64,000 nucleotides of DNA from Breoghania sp. (lineage in GTDB: Bacteria > Pseudomonadota > Alphaproteobacteria > Rhizobiales > Stappiaceae): contig NZ_JASJAV010000017.1 in NCBI RefSeq assembly GCF_030066895.1, forward strand, positions 74,026-138,025, in the 5' to 3' direction. The position numbers and the translations under genes are program-made. Positions 45,539-56,532 of the stretch are shown here, piece after piece (the stretch's first letter is position 1; each line of letters begins with the position of its first letter). The notes beneath the pieces are model-generated. The model was not told the DNA's origin, searched no databases, and was given only the letters and a program-made list of their open reading frames with translations.

Positions 45539-46492
45539 CTAGCGCGGGAACTCCAGCCCCATCTCGCGGTAGCGCTCGGGGTCGTTGCCCCAGTTCTCGC
45601 GCACCTTCACGAACAGGAACAGGTGCACCGGGCGTTCCACCATCGTGGCGAGGTCCTGGCGCGCGGCTTGGGAGATCGCCTTGATCGTCTGTCCGCCCTT
45701 GCCAAGCACGATCTTCTTCTGGCTGTCGCGCTCCACGTAGACCGTCTGTTCCACGCGCGCCGAACCGTCCTTCAGCTCCTTCCACTGGGTCGTCTCGACC
45801 GTGGAGGCGTAGGGAAGCTCCTGGTGCAGGCGCAGGAACAGTTTTTCGCGGGTGATTTCGGCCGCGATCATGCGCAGCGGCAGATCGGAGATCTGGTCTT
45901 CCGGATAGAGCCACGGGCCCTTCGGTAACTTTTCCGCGAAATAGTCCAACAGATCGTCCGCCCCGTCGCCGTTGAGCGCGGAGATCATGAAGGTTTGATC
46001 GAACCCGACCTCCGCATTGGCGCGGCTCGCCAAGGTCAGCAGGTCCTCGCGCTTGGTGACGTCGATCTTGTTGAGGATCAGCACCTTCGGTCGCTTGAGC
46101 TCCGCCAACCGCTTGAGGATCGGAGCGATCTTGTCGTCGATGTCCTTGCGCGCGTCGATCAGCAGGGCAACGATATCGGCCCCTTCCGCACCCGACCACG
46201 CCGTATCGACCATCGCCCGGTCGAGCCGGCGCTTGGGCGCGAAAATGCCGGGCGTGTCCACGAACACGATCTGCGCCGTGTCGTGGATCGCAACGCCGCG
46301 CATGATGGCCCGCGTCGTCTGCACCTTGTGGGTGACGATGGAGAGCTTCGCCCCGACCAGACGGTTTAAAAGCGTCGACTTGCCCGCATTCGGCGCCCCG
46401 ATCAGCGCGACGAACCCGGCGCGGGTCTCCTCGGGAGCTCCGCTTTCGGCGGTCTCGGATGCCACGGGCGTCTTGTTTTCGTTGTCTGTCAC
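45539..46492 (-). CDS. era: GTPase Era
   Basis: GAPNAGKSTL, KVQTTR, DTPG, NKID, EITREK, LHQELPY, KH domain. Intact. Confidence 0.98.
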   Translation of the reverse strand: MTDNENKTPVASETAESGAPEETRAGFVALIGAPNAGKSTLLNRLVGAKLSIVTHKVQTTRAIMRGVAIHDTAQIVFVDTPGIFAPKRRLDRAMVDTAWSGAEGADIVALLIDARKDIDDKIAPILKRLAELKRPKVLILNKIDVTKREDLLTLASRANAEVGFDQTFMISALNGDGADDLLDYFAEKLPKGPWLYPEDQISDLPLRMIAAEITREKLFLRLHQELPYASTVETTQWKELKDGSARVEQTVYVERDSQKKIVLGKGGQTIKAISQAARQDLATMVERPVHLFLFVKVRENWGNDPERYREMGLEFPR

Positions 46493-47202
46493 TTGCCGCT
46501 CTCTGACCAGATGCCTTCTTGGCGCAGGACGGTTTCGGCCGCCGCCTGTTCCGCCAGTCGCTTGGACGGTCCCTTGCCCGATCCCGTATCCATGCCGTCA
46601 ACCGCCACCGTGACGGTGAAGACGGGCACATGATCGGGGCCGGAGCGATCCGATATCTTGTAGTTCGGCGTTGCAAGGCCCTTGCCCTGCACCCATTCCT
46701 GCAAGGTGGTCTTGGCGTCGCGCTGGTTGCCCGACCACGACAGCATGCGTCCGCGCCAGTGCCTTTCGATGAAGAACCGCGCGGTCTTCCACCCGGCGTC
46801 GCGATAAAGCGCGCCCAGCACGGATTCGCATATGTCGGCCAACAGCGCCACCTTCGCGCGTCCGCCGGAATGGGCCTCGCTCTCGCCGATCACCATCAAC
46901 TCGCCGATGCCCAGTTCCGCCGCCACTTTGGCACAGGTCTCGCGCTTGACCAGATGGTTCAGCCTGCACGCCAGTTCGCCTTCCTCGGCCTTGGGATAGG
47001 TCTGGAAGACCATTTCCGCGACAGCCAGTCCCAGAACGCGATCGCCCAGGAATTCTAGTCGCTCGTAGTTCTCGGTCGCGCTGCGGGCCGAGGGCAGGGC
47101 GCTGGCGTGCGTCAGCGCACGGATAATCAACGAACGGTCGGAAAATTCATGCCCGAGTTCGTCCTCGAGCCGTTTCAGACCAGCGACGTTTTCGCGTGCC
47201 AT
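46489..47202 (-). CDS. rnc: Ribonuclease III
   Basis: NYERLEFLGDRVLGL, ADICES.LGALY, dsRBD DAKTTLQEW...SKRLAEQAAA. Start at MARENV. Confidence 0.97.
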   Translation of the reverse strand: MARENVAGLKRLEDELGHEFSDRSLIIRALTHASALPSARSATENYERLEFLGDRVLGLAVAEMVFQTYPKAEEGELACRLNHLVKRETCAKVAAELGIGELMVIGESEAHSGGRAKVALLADICESVLGALYRDAGWKTARFFIERHWRGRMLSWSGNQRDAKTTLQEWVQGKGLATPNYKISDRSGPDHVPVFTVTVAVDGMDTGSGKGPSKRLAEQAAAETVLRQEGIWSESGK

Positions 47203-47209
47203 TCCATCC

Positions 47210-47983
47210 TCAAAGTGTCTTGAAGGGCCGGTTCCAGCGTACTGTCCACGGCCACTTCCAGAACATCCAGGCCGGTTCGCCGTCCTCCACGGAGAAGAAC
47301 AGGATCTCGGCCTTGCCGACGAAGTTTTCCAGCGGCACATAGCCCACGCCGGACCCGGGAACGCGACTGTCGGCGGAATTGTCCCGGTTGTCTCCCATCA
47401 TGAAATAGTGGCCCTGCGGCACCTTGAAGACCTGGGTATTGTCGGCCGCCCCGTTGGGGGTCAGGTCGAGGGTCTCGTAAGACACACCGTTGGGCAGCGT
47501 CTCGCAGTAGCGCGCCACGCGCTCGGTGCGGCCATAGCGGTCGGTCTCGATATAGTCGTCCAGCCGCTCGCGCTTCACCGCCTTGCCGTTGATGTAGAGC
47601 CGGTCGTCGATCATCTGGATCGTGTCGCCCGGCAGGCCGATCACGCGCTTGATGTAGTCAGTCGAGTTGTCGCGCGGCAGCTTGAAGACGGCCACGTCGC
47701 CGCGCTGCGGCTTGCCTTCCCAGATGCGGCCGGAAAAGGGCGCCAGGCCGAAGGGGAAGGAATACCGGCTGTACCCGTAGCTGAACTTGGAGACGAACAG
47801 ATAGTCTCCGATCAGCAGCGTGTCCTTCATCGAGCCGGAAGGAATGTTGAAGGGTTGGAACAGGAAGGTCCTGAGAACCATGGCCAGCAAAAGCGCCTGG
47901 ATGACGACCTTTACCGTTTCGCCCCAACCGCCCTTCTGTCCGTTCTTGTCGCTCGCCTCGCTCATCGGGTCCTTCGTGCTCAT
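47210..47983 (-). CDS. lepB: Signal peptidase I
   Basis: FNIPSGSM..TLLIGD, DYIKRVIGLPGD, MGDNRDNSADSR, VP.EN.VGKA. Start at MSTKDP (or MSEASD). Confidence 0.97.
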   Translation of the reverse strand: MSTKDPMSEASDKNGQKGGWGETVKVVIQALLLAMVLRTFLFQPFNIPSGSMKDTLLIGDYLFVSKFSYGYSRYSFPFGLAPFSGRIWEGKPQRGDVAVFKLPRDNSTDYIKRVIGLPGDTIQMIDDRLYINGKAVKRERLDDYIETDRYGRTERVARYCETLPNGVSYETLDLTPNGAADNTQVFKVPQGHYFMMGDNRDNSADSRVPGSGVGYVPLENFVGKAEILFFSVEDGEPAWMFWKWPWTVRWNRPFKTL

Positions 47984-48339
47984 ACTGTTTCGCGCGGATT
48001 CCGCGCGTCCACCGTTTGGCCCGGCTGATGCGGGCGGCTTTATACTCCAGTCCGAGTCCACCCGAAGGGGAGCTCGGCTATTTGAGAGCAGGGCCGGGCC
48101 GCTGTCGCCCGATGCTTTCCGGTCCTGGTGTCCGGCATAAGAGGGGGCCGGAAATGCGACGCGCTCATGACGAATGGCGCTTCGAGAGCTGTCAATCACT
48201 CCCCGACCGTGATTCCCCGACAATCATGCGGGAACGAGCGCCTTGATACCGGGTTCGCCCGTGCCGCGCAACGCAGGCTCTACGGATGGCCGGTCATTTG
48301 CCCCGGCTTCGCAAGTATCTCGCCGATCCGCAAGGCGCG

Positions 48340-49095
48340 CTATCGCGCCGGGACGATTGCCGTGCGGGCCTTGTCCATGCGACGGCGCATTTCCGAAAGC
48401 GCGGGCTCCAGCCCTACGAAGATCGCCTCGCCGATCAGGAAATGGCCGATATTGAGCTCCCGGATTTCCGGCATGCAGGCGATGTCGTCGACGGTGTCGT
48501 AGGTCAGACCGTGTCCAGCATGGGCTTCCAGTCCGATCTGGGTTGCGTGACGGGCCGCTTCACGCACGCGCTCAAGCTGGACCGCGCGGGCTTTCGCGTC
48601 GCCCGCCAGGGCCGCCTCGCAATAGGCGCCCGTGTGAAGCTCCACCACCGGCGCGCCGACGGCGCGCGCGGCGTCGATCTGGCGCATATCCGGTTCGATG
48701 AACAGCGACACCCGGATATCGACGTCATAAAGCGATTCAACAAACGGCTGCAAAACCTTGAAATATCTCTCTAAGTCGAGACCTCCCTCGGTAGTGCGTT
48801 CCTCGCGCCGTTCGGGCACCAGGCAGGCGGCGTGCGGGCGCATCTTCACCGCGATGTCGCGCATTTCCGGCGTCGCCGCCATTTCCAGGTTGAGCGGGAT
48901 CTTCAGGTGCTTGCGCAAGGCGGCGATGTCCGCGTCGCGGATATGGCGACGGTCTTCGCGCAGATGCGCGGTAATTCCGTCGGCACCGGCTGCCTCTGCG
49001 GCCAGCGCCGCGCGCAGGGGATCAGGATGCGGCCCGCCGCGCGCGTTGCGCACCGTGGCCACGTGATCGATGTTCACGCCCAGGCGTAGGGTCAT
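48340..49095 (-). CDS. pdxJ: Pyridoxine 5'-phosphate synthase
   Basis: LGVNIDHVATVRNARG, HLREDRRHI, LNLEMA, CLVPE.REE.TTEGG, ELHTG, HAGHGL, ELNIGH. Intact. Confidence 0.98.
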   Translation of the reverse strand: MTLRLGVNIDHVATVRNARGGPHPDPLRAALAAEAAGADGITAHLREDRRHIRDADIAALRKHLKIPLNLEMAATPEMRDIAVKMRPHAACLVPERREERTTEGGLDLERYFKVLQPFVESLYDVDIRVSLFIEPDMRQIDAARAVGAPVVELHTGAYCEAALAGDAKARAVQLERVREAARHATQIGLEAHAGHGLTYDTVDDIACMPEIRELNIGHFLIGEAIFVGLEPALSEMRRRMDKARTAIVPAR

Positions 49096-49122
49096 GAGAT
49101 TTTCTCCGGTGGCCCGTTCCAA

Positions 49123-49688
49123 CTAGTTCCGGTCGATGGCCTGCGGCTGCGCGCCCTGCGTTGCCGTGCGGCGTGCGCACAGCTTCTCCCGGCGCGTTAT
49201 CATCCCGTAGATGATGAAATAGGCAATGGCGCCCGCCGTCAATCCGAGCGGCAGGGACCCGATGAGCATCGGCTTGAAAATCGGCCAGATGGCATCGCGC
49301 GACTGGCTCAGCAGGTTGAGCTTGAGCGGGTGGTGGGCCTGAAGGGCGGGGTCGTGGCCGAGCAGGATGTGGCCCAGCCGGTAGGTGGACGTCCAGATGA
49401 AGGGGAACATCAACGGGTTGCCGACGGCGGTTCCCAAGGCGGGTGCCAGCATGTTGCCTCCGATCAGGAAGGCGAAGAAGAAGGTCAGCATGAAGTGTAA
49501 GCGACGAAGGGCGTGAAGGAGGCGAAAGTGCCGGCCGCAAAGCCCAGCGCAACGGCGTGCGGGCTTGCGGTCAGCCGGAGGACGCGCTTGCCGAAATACT
49601 TGGCCGAACGGGCAAAGCTGTGCCGGGGCCAGAGGGCGACCCGGATCTGTTCAAGCCAATGAGGGGGCGTGCGACGCTGAAACAGTAT
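49123..49688 (-). pseudogene. DUF2062 membrane protein
   Basis: Reads (ATA)LFQRRTP...LWPRHSF.RS..YF.KRVLRL.ASPHAVALGFAAG.FASFTPF, shifts near 49505, then GNPL.FPFIW. Start codon appears mutated ATG->ATA (49686-49688). Confidence 0.82.
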
Positions 49689-49767
49689 TTTCTACTCGGC
49701 CGATAACGGCATTTTACTCATGACGGCCCTTAGCGGGGCCGCCATTGATGTGAGAACCCGAACCACC

Positions 49768-50349
49768 TCAGGCAAGCCCCCGGCTGCCCGGCTTGACGGC
49801 GGGCAGGGCGGCAAACTCCGGCGGAAGGGCATCTGCCGGATAGGCGGGAACCTTGTACTGCGCCAGTGCGATCAAGGGAACACCGCAATCTGCCTCGCCC
49901 GCGGAGCGGTCGATCAGGCAGGCGCAACCGACGACATTCGCGCCCATGGTCTTCAATGCGTTCACCGTTTCGCGCGATGACAATCCGGTGGAGACGATGT
50001 CTTCCACCACGATCACCCGTGCGCCTTTTTCCAGCTCGAACCGCCTGAGCCGCAATTCACCGTTTTCGCGCTCCACCCACATGGCGGGCACGCCCAGGTG
50101 GCGGGCAGTTTCATAACCGGGAATGATGCCGCCCAAAGCAGGCGAAACGATGTAATTGATCTGCCCGAGATCGGCCTCGCGGATCTTTTCTGCCAGGGCC
50201 CGGCACAGGATTTCCGTGCGCTCGGGATCTTGGAAGACACGCGCCTTTTGCAGAAAGACCGGACTGCGCAGGCCGGACGACAGAATGAAATGGCCCTCCA
50301 GAATTGCACCCGATTCCCGGAAAATGGCCAGAACTTCGTCCCTCGTCAT
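49768..50349 (-). CDS. pyrE: Orotate phosphoribosyltransferase
   Basis: [40 protein letters not shown]. Intact; start at MTRDEVL. Confidence 0.96.
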   Translation of the reverse strand: MTRDEVLAIFRESGAILEGHFILSSGLRSPVFLQKARVFQDPERTEILCRALAEKIREADLGQINYIVSPALGGIIPGYETARHLGVPAMWVERENGELRLRRFELEKGARVIVVEDIVSTGLSSRETVNALKTMGANVVGCACLIDRSAGEADCGVPLIALAQYKVPAYPADALPPEFAALPAVKPGSRGLA

Positions 50350-50396
50350 ATCGTCCTTTCCTTGACAGCGTCCCTTCGGGACGTCGCCTTTTTTCT

Positions 50397-52628
50397 TCAG
50401 TGGTTCAGCCGCTGCGCGGACGAGACCACGGAGGCGCCGCGCAACTGGTTGATGATACGATTGAGATGTTTCAGATCCCATACTTCTAGATCGATTGTCA
50501 TCTCGTGAAAATCGGCCGCGCGGCTCATCATTTTTATGTTGTCGATGTTTCCGTCGTTCTGACTGATGATTCGCGCGATTTCGGCCAGCGTGCCGGGCTC
50601 GTTGATCGCCGCGACCGACACGCGCGCGGGAAAGCGCTCCGGGTGTTCGGTATCGACGTCCCAGCGCACGTCCAGCCATTGATCGTCGTCGTCGAAATCC
50701 TTCAGGGCCTCGGAATGGATCGGATAAACCGTGATTCCTTCGCCGGGCGTCAGGATGCCGACAATACGATCTCCGGGCACCGCCCCGCCATCGGGAGCGA
50801 AGCGGATGGGAAGATTGCTGTGGAGGCCGCGGATCGGCAGCGAGGCGGTCTCCTCCGTCGCCCCTGTGGGCACGCGGAATTTCAGCCCGGATCCGCCCTC
50901 CAGATCGAACCAGCCCTCTTCGCGCGCCTTGTCGGCGGACGCCGCGCGCTCCGTGCTGATCACCTCGTGCGGGGTGTCGTCGTGGGAGGGATCGACCGTG
51001 TTGAGAATGTCGGCGGCATGGATCTCGCTGCGCCCCACCGCAGCCATCAGATCGATCACCGAGGCCTGCGAGAAGCGCAGCAGGACGGGGACGAGCACCT
51101 TGTCGTTCAGCTCCAGCCCGCGCCGCTCGAAACCGCGCTTCAGGATATGACGGCCGAGAGCAGCGTACCGTTCGCGCTGGGCATCGCGGATCGAACGGCG
51201 GATGGCCGCGCGCGCCTTGCCGGTTACGGCGATGTTGAGCCAGTCGTCGGTCGGCGTCTGGGCGCCGGAGCGGATGATCTCGACCTCGTCGCCGTTTCTC
51301 AGTTCGGTGACCAGCGGCACGATCTGGCCGTTGATCTTGCAGCCGACCGTGGTGTTACCGATGTCGGTGTGAACCGCATAGGCGAAGTCGATCGGGGGCG
51401 CGCCGCGCGGCATGGCGATGAGCCGCCCCTTCGGCGTGAAGCAGAAAACCTGGTCGTGGAAGAGCTCCAGCTTGGTGTTTTCCAGGAATTCTTCCGGCGT
51501 ATCGCCCTGCGAGAGCATGTCGATGGTCTGGCGCAGCCATTCATAGGCGCGGGACTCGTCGGCAAGATGCGAGATGTTGCGGCCGCCCTTGACCTCGTCC
51601 TTGTAAAGCGCGTGGGCGGCGATGCCGTATTCCGCCACGCGGTCCATCTCGCGGGTGCGGATCTGCAGCTCGACGCGTTGGCGCGAGGGGCCGACGACCG
51701 TGGTGTGAATGGAACGGTAGTCGTTCTGCTTCGGCGTTGAGATGTAGTCCTTGAAGCGGCCCGGCACGCTCGGCCAGGCGGTGTGAACGACGCCCAGAAC
51801 CGCATAACAGGTCTCAAGGTCGTCCACCACGACGCGGAAGCCGTAGATGTCGGAGAGCTGCTCGAAGCCGATCGATTTCTGCTCCATTTTGCGGAATATG
51901 GAGTAGGGCCGCTTCATGCGGCCACGCACGGTCGCCTGGATCTGGCGTTCGGCAAGGCGTTCGGTCAGGTCGCGCTCGATGTCGCCGATCAGCGCGGAGT
52001 TCTTTTCACGCAGCGCATCGAGGCGCGCGGTGATGGTCTGATAGGCCTCCGGATTGACCGTTCGGAAGGCCAGATCCTCCAATTCGTTGCGCAGGTCCTG
52101 CATACCCATGCGCCCGGCCAGCGGCGCATAGATTTCCATCGTCTCTTCCGCGATCCGCTTGCGACGCTCGTCTTCCTTGACGAAATGCAGCGTGCGCATG
52201 TTGTGCAAACGGTCGGCCAGCTTGACCAGCAGCACCCGCACGTCGTCCGCGATCGCCAGCAGCAGCTTGCGGAAGTTTTCGGCCTGCTTGGCGCGCCGTG
52301 AGATCAGGTCGAGACGGCTGATCTTGGTCAGCCCGTCGACGAGCTTGCCGATCTCTTCGCCGAAGATCGTGTCGATCTCGGCGCGCGTGGCGTCCGTGTC
52401 CTCGATCGTGTCGTGCAGCAGGGCGACGGCGATGGTGGCGTCGTCGAGCCGCAGATCGGTCATGATGGCGGCGACTTCGAGAGGATGGGAGAAATAGGGG
52501 TCGCCGGAGGCGCGCATCTGCGTGCCATGCTTCTGCATGGCATAGACATAGGCTTTGTTGAGCAGCGCTTCGTCGGTGGTCGGGTTGTAGCGATTGACCC
52601 GCTCAACGAGCTCATATTGACGCATCAT
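50397..52628 (-). CDS. spoT: Bifunctional (p)ppGpp synthetase/hydrolase (Rel/SpoT homologue)
   Basis: [55 protein letters not shown] domain DFAYAVHT, C-terminal ACT. Intact. Confidence 0.98.
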   Translation of the reverse strand: MMRQYELVERVNRYNPTTDEALLNKAYVYAMQKHGTQMRASGDPYFSHPLEVAAIMTDLRLDDATIAVALLHDTIEDTDATRAEIDTIFGEEIGKLVDGLTKISRLDLISRRAKQAENFRKLLLAIADDVRVLLVKLADRLHNMRTLHFVKEDERRKRIAEETMEIYAPLAGRMGMQDLRNELEDLAFRTVNPEAYQTITARLDALREKNSALIGDIERDLTERLAERQIQATVRGRMKRPYSIFRKMEQKSIGFEQLSDIYGFRVVVDDLETCYAVLGVVHTAWPSVPGRFKDYISTPKQNDYRSIHTTVVGPSRQRVELQIRTREMDRVAEYGIAAHALYKDEVKGGRNISHLADESRAYEWLRQTIDMLSQGDTPEEFLENTKLELFHDQVFCFTPKGRLIAMPRGAPPIDFAYAVHTDIGNTTVGCKINGQIVPLVTELRNGDEVEIIRSGAQTPTDDWLNIAVTGKARAAIRRSIRDAQRERYAALGRHILKRGFERRGLELNDKVLVPVLLRFSQASVIDLMAAVGRSEIHAADILNTVDPSHDDTPHEVISTERAASADKAREEGWFDLEGGSGLKFRVPTGATEETASLPIRGLHSNLPIRFAPDGGAVPGDRIVGILTPGEGITVYPIHSEALKDFDDDDQWLDVRWDVDTEHPERFPARVSVAAINEPGTLAEIARIISQNDGNIDNIKMMSRAADFHEMTIDLEVWDLKHLNRIINQLRGASVVSSAQRLNH

Positions 52629-53008
52629 GGCGGTGGCGACGCATTCCCGCAGCGGGGGCTCGAGTCCTGCCGGTCTTTGGCTGGCTTCGGGCTGGTTAAG
52701 GGCGATTGAGAAGACTTAACTCAGATAGGTTACCCGTCTACGAAGTGCCAGACTTTCCGTCTCCCGCCATTTTTAGCGCCTGACGGCTTCGACAGGGGTC
52801 CTGACGCTGCGTCTGAGAGGCCTTGCAAGGGCAGGGAGATGCGGGCCGGCGGTTCGCTGACACACCCCGTGCGGACCGCGGCCATTCCTGGGGGCAGCGC
52901 GTCCCTTTCGGGAAGAAAAAGGCGGCGCACCGGAAGCGCGCCACCTCATGTTTCAAGCCATCCGTCGGGAAAGACGCGGGAAACGCGACCCGGCGCGGGA
53001 TGGCCTTA

Positions 53009-53407
53009 TCAGTAGTCGTCGCTGCGATCGGGCGGGACGAGGCCTTCCAGGCCCTTCAGCAGGTCCTCTTCCGACATGCGGTCGAATTCCACCGGGGGCT
53101 CGCTGGGGTCGGTCGGACCGGCAGCAGCGCTTGCCGCGCTCGGCACCATCGGAACGGCTTCCGGTTCCGGCTCGTCGACCTCAACGTATTTCTGCAGCGA
53201 GTGGATCAGATCTTCCTTCAGATCTTCCGGGCTGACGGTCTGTTCCGCGATCTCACGCAGAGCAACGACCGGGTTCTTGTCGTTGTCACGATCGATGGTT
53301 AGCGGGGAGCCGGAAGCAATCATCCGCGCCCGATGGCTGGCCAAAAGCACCAGGTCGAAGCGGTTGTCGACTTTACCGATGCAGTCTTCGACGGTCACAC
53401 GCGCCAT
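53009..53407 (-). CDS. rpoZ: RNA polymerase omega subunit
   Basis: MARVTVEDC...[26 protein letters not shown]. Intact. Confidence 0.98.
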   Translation of the reverse strand: MARVTVEDCIGKVDNRFDLVLLASHRARMIASGSPLTIDRDNDKNPVVALREIAEQTVSPEDLKEDLIHSLQKYVEVDEPEPEAVPMVPSAASAAAGPTDPSEPPVEFDRMSEEDLLKGLEGLVPPDRSDDY

Positions 53408-54179
53408 GGCAGATCTCCAGTCGCGGGCCGGAGGCGGCGCCAATACGCCGGTCGGCCCAAGTCTCGTTGGCATGCGACGGCTCCGGGCCTAACCGGGCTT
53501 GACCTTGAGGTCTCGTTCTTGGATCTCCGGCGAAGCCTCGCCTTATAGATCCATGATCGGCCTCAGAGGGCCGCCCCACCAGGGTCGGACACTCGGTCGC
53601 GCGCATGGGAATGAACTCGCTTTATTAGGGTTTTTGCACCGCAAATGCAAGGGTGCACTTGACATGAAAGTCGAATGTTTTACAGGGCCTCAAAGGGACG
53701 CGGTGAACGTGGGATGAGGCCCAAACCGCATCATGGCTCGACCCGTTGTCCGGTTTCAGGAAAGCTCTCAGAGCATCGGCGCGATGCAACCTTTGGTGGT
53801 CTCTGATATTTCACATGTTAGTCAAAGCGGCAAAAGAGCTGTGCGTATCGTATGCGGCAGATCGTGGCATTAGGGACGCGAAACGCTTGCGGTAACCTTC
53901 CGATCCTCTTGAAGATTGGCTTTATGATCAAAGTTTCTAGAAAAAATTCGAGGTGATCCCCATATTTTGAGAAATCTGTAGTCGTACTGTGTTCTTGCGT
54001 CAGGATTTAATTTATATCAAACAGGCAAAAATGACGAAGTTGGTCGTATTGGCTCGGGCTCATTGTCCTAATTTTTTAGTGCTCATTACGCTCAAGGGTC
54101 GCGGTTCCGTAGCTGATCAGCCTCATTCTTATCTGTGCACATGGCAATTCCAAACCCATAGAAGATAAAGAGAATAAAG

Positions 54180-54737
54180 ATGTTTGACCCGCGCGAGAAA
54201 GTTGCGCTGTTCATTGACGGCGCAAATCTCTATGCGACCGCGAAATCTCTTGGTTTCGATATTGACTACAAGCGGTTGCTGAAAGAGTTTCAAGGAAAAC
54301 CTTATCTGTTGAGGGCCTATTATTACACGGCTCTTGTGGAGGATCAGGAGTATTCGTCAATTCGCCCGCTGATCGATTGGCTTGATTATAACGGTTACAA
54401 GGTCGTTACAAAGCCGGTCAAAGAATTCATCGACTCCTCCGGCCGCCGTAAAATCAAGGGCAGCATGGACATCGAACTGGCCGTCGATGCGATGGAAATG
54501 GCCGAATATGTCGATCATCTGGTGCTTTTTTCCGGCGATGGCGATTTCCGCTCGCTGGTCGAAGCCGTCCAGCGTCGCGGCCGCAAGGTCTCCGTGGTCT
54601 CCACCCTGCAGACCCAGCCGCCGATGATTGCCGACGACCTGCGTCGTCAGGCCGATCACTTCATCGACCTGAGCACGCTGGCCAACAAGATCGGTCGCGA
54701 TCCGGCCGAGCGCGAGGAAGTCTACGACGATCTTTGA
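54180..54737 (+). CDS. NYN-domain (LabA/DUF88) protein
   Basis: FIDGANLY, DIDYK, KG.MDIELAVD, LFSGDGDF, GRKV, L..QAD.FIDL. Conserved neighbour of rpoZ. Confidence 0.93.
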   Translation: MFDPREKVALFIDGANLYATAKSLGFDIDYKRLLKEFQGKPYLLRAYYYTALVEDQEYSSIRPLIDWLDYNGYKVVTKPVKEFIDSSGRRKIKGSMDIELAVDAMEMAEYVDHLVLFSGDGDFRSLVEAVQRRGRKVSVVSTLQTQPPMIADDLRRQADHFIDLSTLANKIGRDPAEREEVYDDL

Positions 54738-55634
54738 GGCGCGCACCCGCAAAGGGTGAGCGTCCTGGCGGCCATGCTGAGCTCGGTGGAAGCCGGATCG
54801 GTAAGATAAGATCGTTGTAAATCATTGGGTTAGGAGATGGGGCCAGGGCCTTGGAACCGACCTGGTCGACACGAGCCCGCCGATCCCGGCGGGCAGGGGG
54901 GCAGACGGCGATGACGCGCGAGGTGGCGGGATGCACCTTGCGTAACGAGCCAACGGCCCACGTTTTCGTGCGGCCGTGCGCGGACCGGGCAGGGTGCACG
55001 TACGGGCCGGTGTCGGCAGCCGAAATGGCTCAGGCAGTCTTCCGTCGCTCTTGGCGGACGCCGTATTGAGGCGTCCAGCGTTTTGGCGAACTGGTTCGGG
55101 CCTTCTTTCCTGCAAGGCTCGCGGACTGCGACATTCAATTTTTCGGAGAATGCATCGCTCCTGTTTGACCGGGAGTGGGGATCGTCTGTGCTCTTGTGGG
55201 AGGATGGGTGCGGACCGGGAATATCTTTTCGTATTGGCGGTGATATCTTGGTGCCAGCTCGCTGCGCGCGAGGGCGGCAGGACAGGAGTCGGCCGGATAT
55301 CGGGCTAATACGGAACTGCGGCCTCAGAACCGAAAAAAGTATAAGAAAACAAAGAACTGACGGTGTTTCTGAACACCGATTAATTTTCGTTTCGAATTCT
55401 CTCGAATTCCATTGAATTTCGGTGTTGGTCGCCAAAATCATCGAAAGGCCGATGCAATCGCGCCGACATTGCTCTGAGAACCTGGTCCGGATCACTTATC
55501 CCCACTCTGCGTTGGACTTCGGGGCGGTCCGGCATTCCGGTCGTCGCTTGGGGGAGGGATCTGGTTTAATGAGGCATGTCGGCCCGTCGCGATTCGGGGC
55601 CGTTTTCCTGTGTTTCGGAGCATCCCGACCTCCC

Positions 55635-56318
55635 ATGAGCGCTTCTTTTGAAACCTCCTTCGCCGCCGTTCCCGCGACCGTCACCGATCCCGATCGCGAC
55701 TGCCCGCGCTGTCCGCGGCTGGTGGAGTTTCGCCAGCTGCATCGCGGCCGCGAGCCGGAGTGGTTCAACGCTCCGGTGCCGAGCTTCCTGCCGTGCGGCG
55801 GAGCGAAGGAGGCGCGGCTGCTGATCGTCGGTTTGGCGCCGGGCTTGCGCGGTGCCAACAAGTCCGGGCGGCCCTTCACGGGCGATTATGCGGGCGATCT
55901 TCTGTACGAGACGCTGGATGCCTACGGCTTCTCGCGCGGCACCTTCAAGGCGCGGCCCGATGATGGGCTGGAGCTGGTCGGGGCCGCGATCACCAACGCG
56001 GTGCGTTGCGTGCCGCCGGAAAACAAGCCGACGGGTCCTGAAGTCAAGGCGTGCTGTCCGTTCCTGATCAACACGCTTGCGTCGATGACGAACTTGACCG
56101 CGATCCTGGTGCTCGGTCGGGTGGCGCACGAGACGGTGCTGACGACGCTGGAAAAGCGCCGCGCCTCCTATCCCTTCAGCCACGGCAGAGTGCACGATCT
56201 TGGCCATTACACGCTTTTCAACAGCTATCATTGCTCCCGTTACAACACCAATACCGGCCGCCTGACGCCGCAGATGTTCCGGGACGTGTTCGACAAGATC
56301 GCCGCGCATCTGGGGTGA
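55635..56318 (+). CDS. Uracil-DNA glycosylase, family 4/5 (UdgB-like, Fe-S)
   Basis: CPRCPRL, GLAPG..GAN..GRPFTGD, NAVRCVPPENKP, HCSRYNTNTGRLT. Intact; start at MSASFE. Confidence 0.92.
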   Translation: MSASFETSFAAVPATVTDPDRDCPRCPRLVEFRQLHRGREPEWFNAPVPSFLPCGGAKEARLLIVGLAPGLRGANKSGRPFTGDYAGDLLYETLDAYGFSRGTFKARPDDGLELVGAAITNAVRCVPPENKPTGPEVKACCPFLINTLASMTNLTAILVLGRVAHETVLTTLEKRRASYPFSHGRVHDLGHYTLFNSYHCSRYNTNTGRLTPQMFRDVFDKIAAHLG

Positions 56319-56363
56319 GGGGCGTTCGCGGGGGTTGAGTTGAACGTTGGGCGTTCTTTGCGG

Positions 56364-56494
56364 GGCCCATCCTTCGAGACGGGCCTGTCGGCCCTCCTCA
56401 GGATGACGTTATCGTATTGATGTCTTTGAAGAAGGCCGCGCCAAACACAACCTCATCCTGAGGAGGCGCGACGCGCCGTCTCGAAGGATGGGCC
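56364..56494. repeat. REP/MITE-like inverted doublet (copy B)
   Basis: ggcccatccttcgagacg...cctcctcaggatga ... tcatcctgaggagg...cgtctcgaaggatgggcc. Confidence 0.85.
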
Positions 56495-56532
56495 ACACGA
56501 TAATGGCCGTCCGGGAGCTCTCGCCCCACAGC

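Noticed and set aside
2386-52301. Long antisense or alternate-frame ORFs (e.g. 2386-4104, 6627-8081, 16206-18095, 30221-32227, 32504-34078, 35821-37491, 39684-40796, 40842-42068, 50505-51740)
   Set aside because: Shadow ORFs of GC-rich genes; no motifs, and they overlap confidently identified genes.
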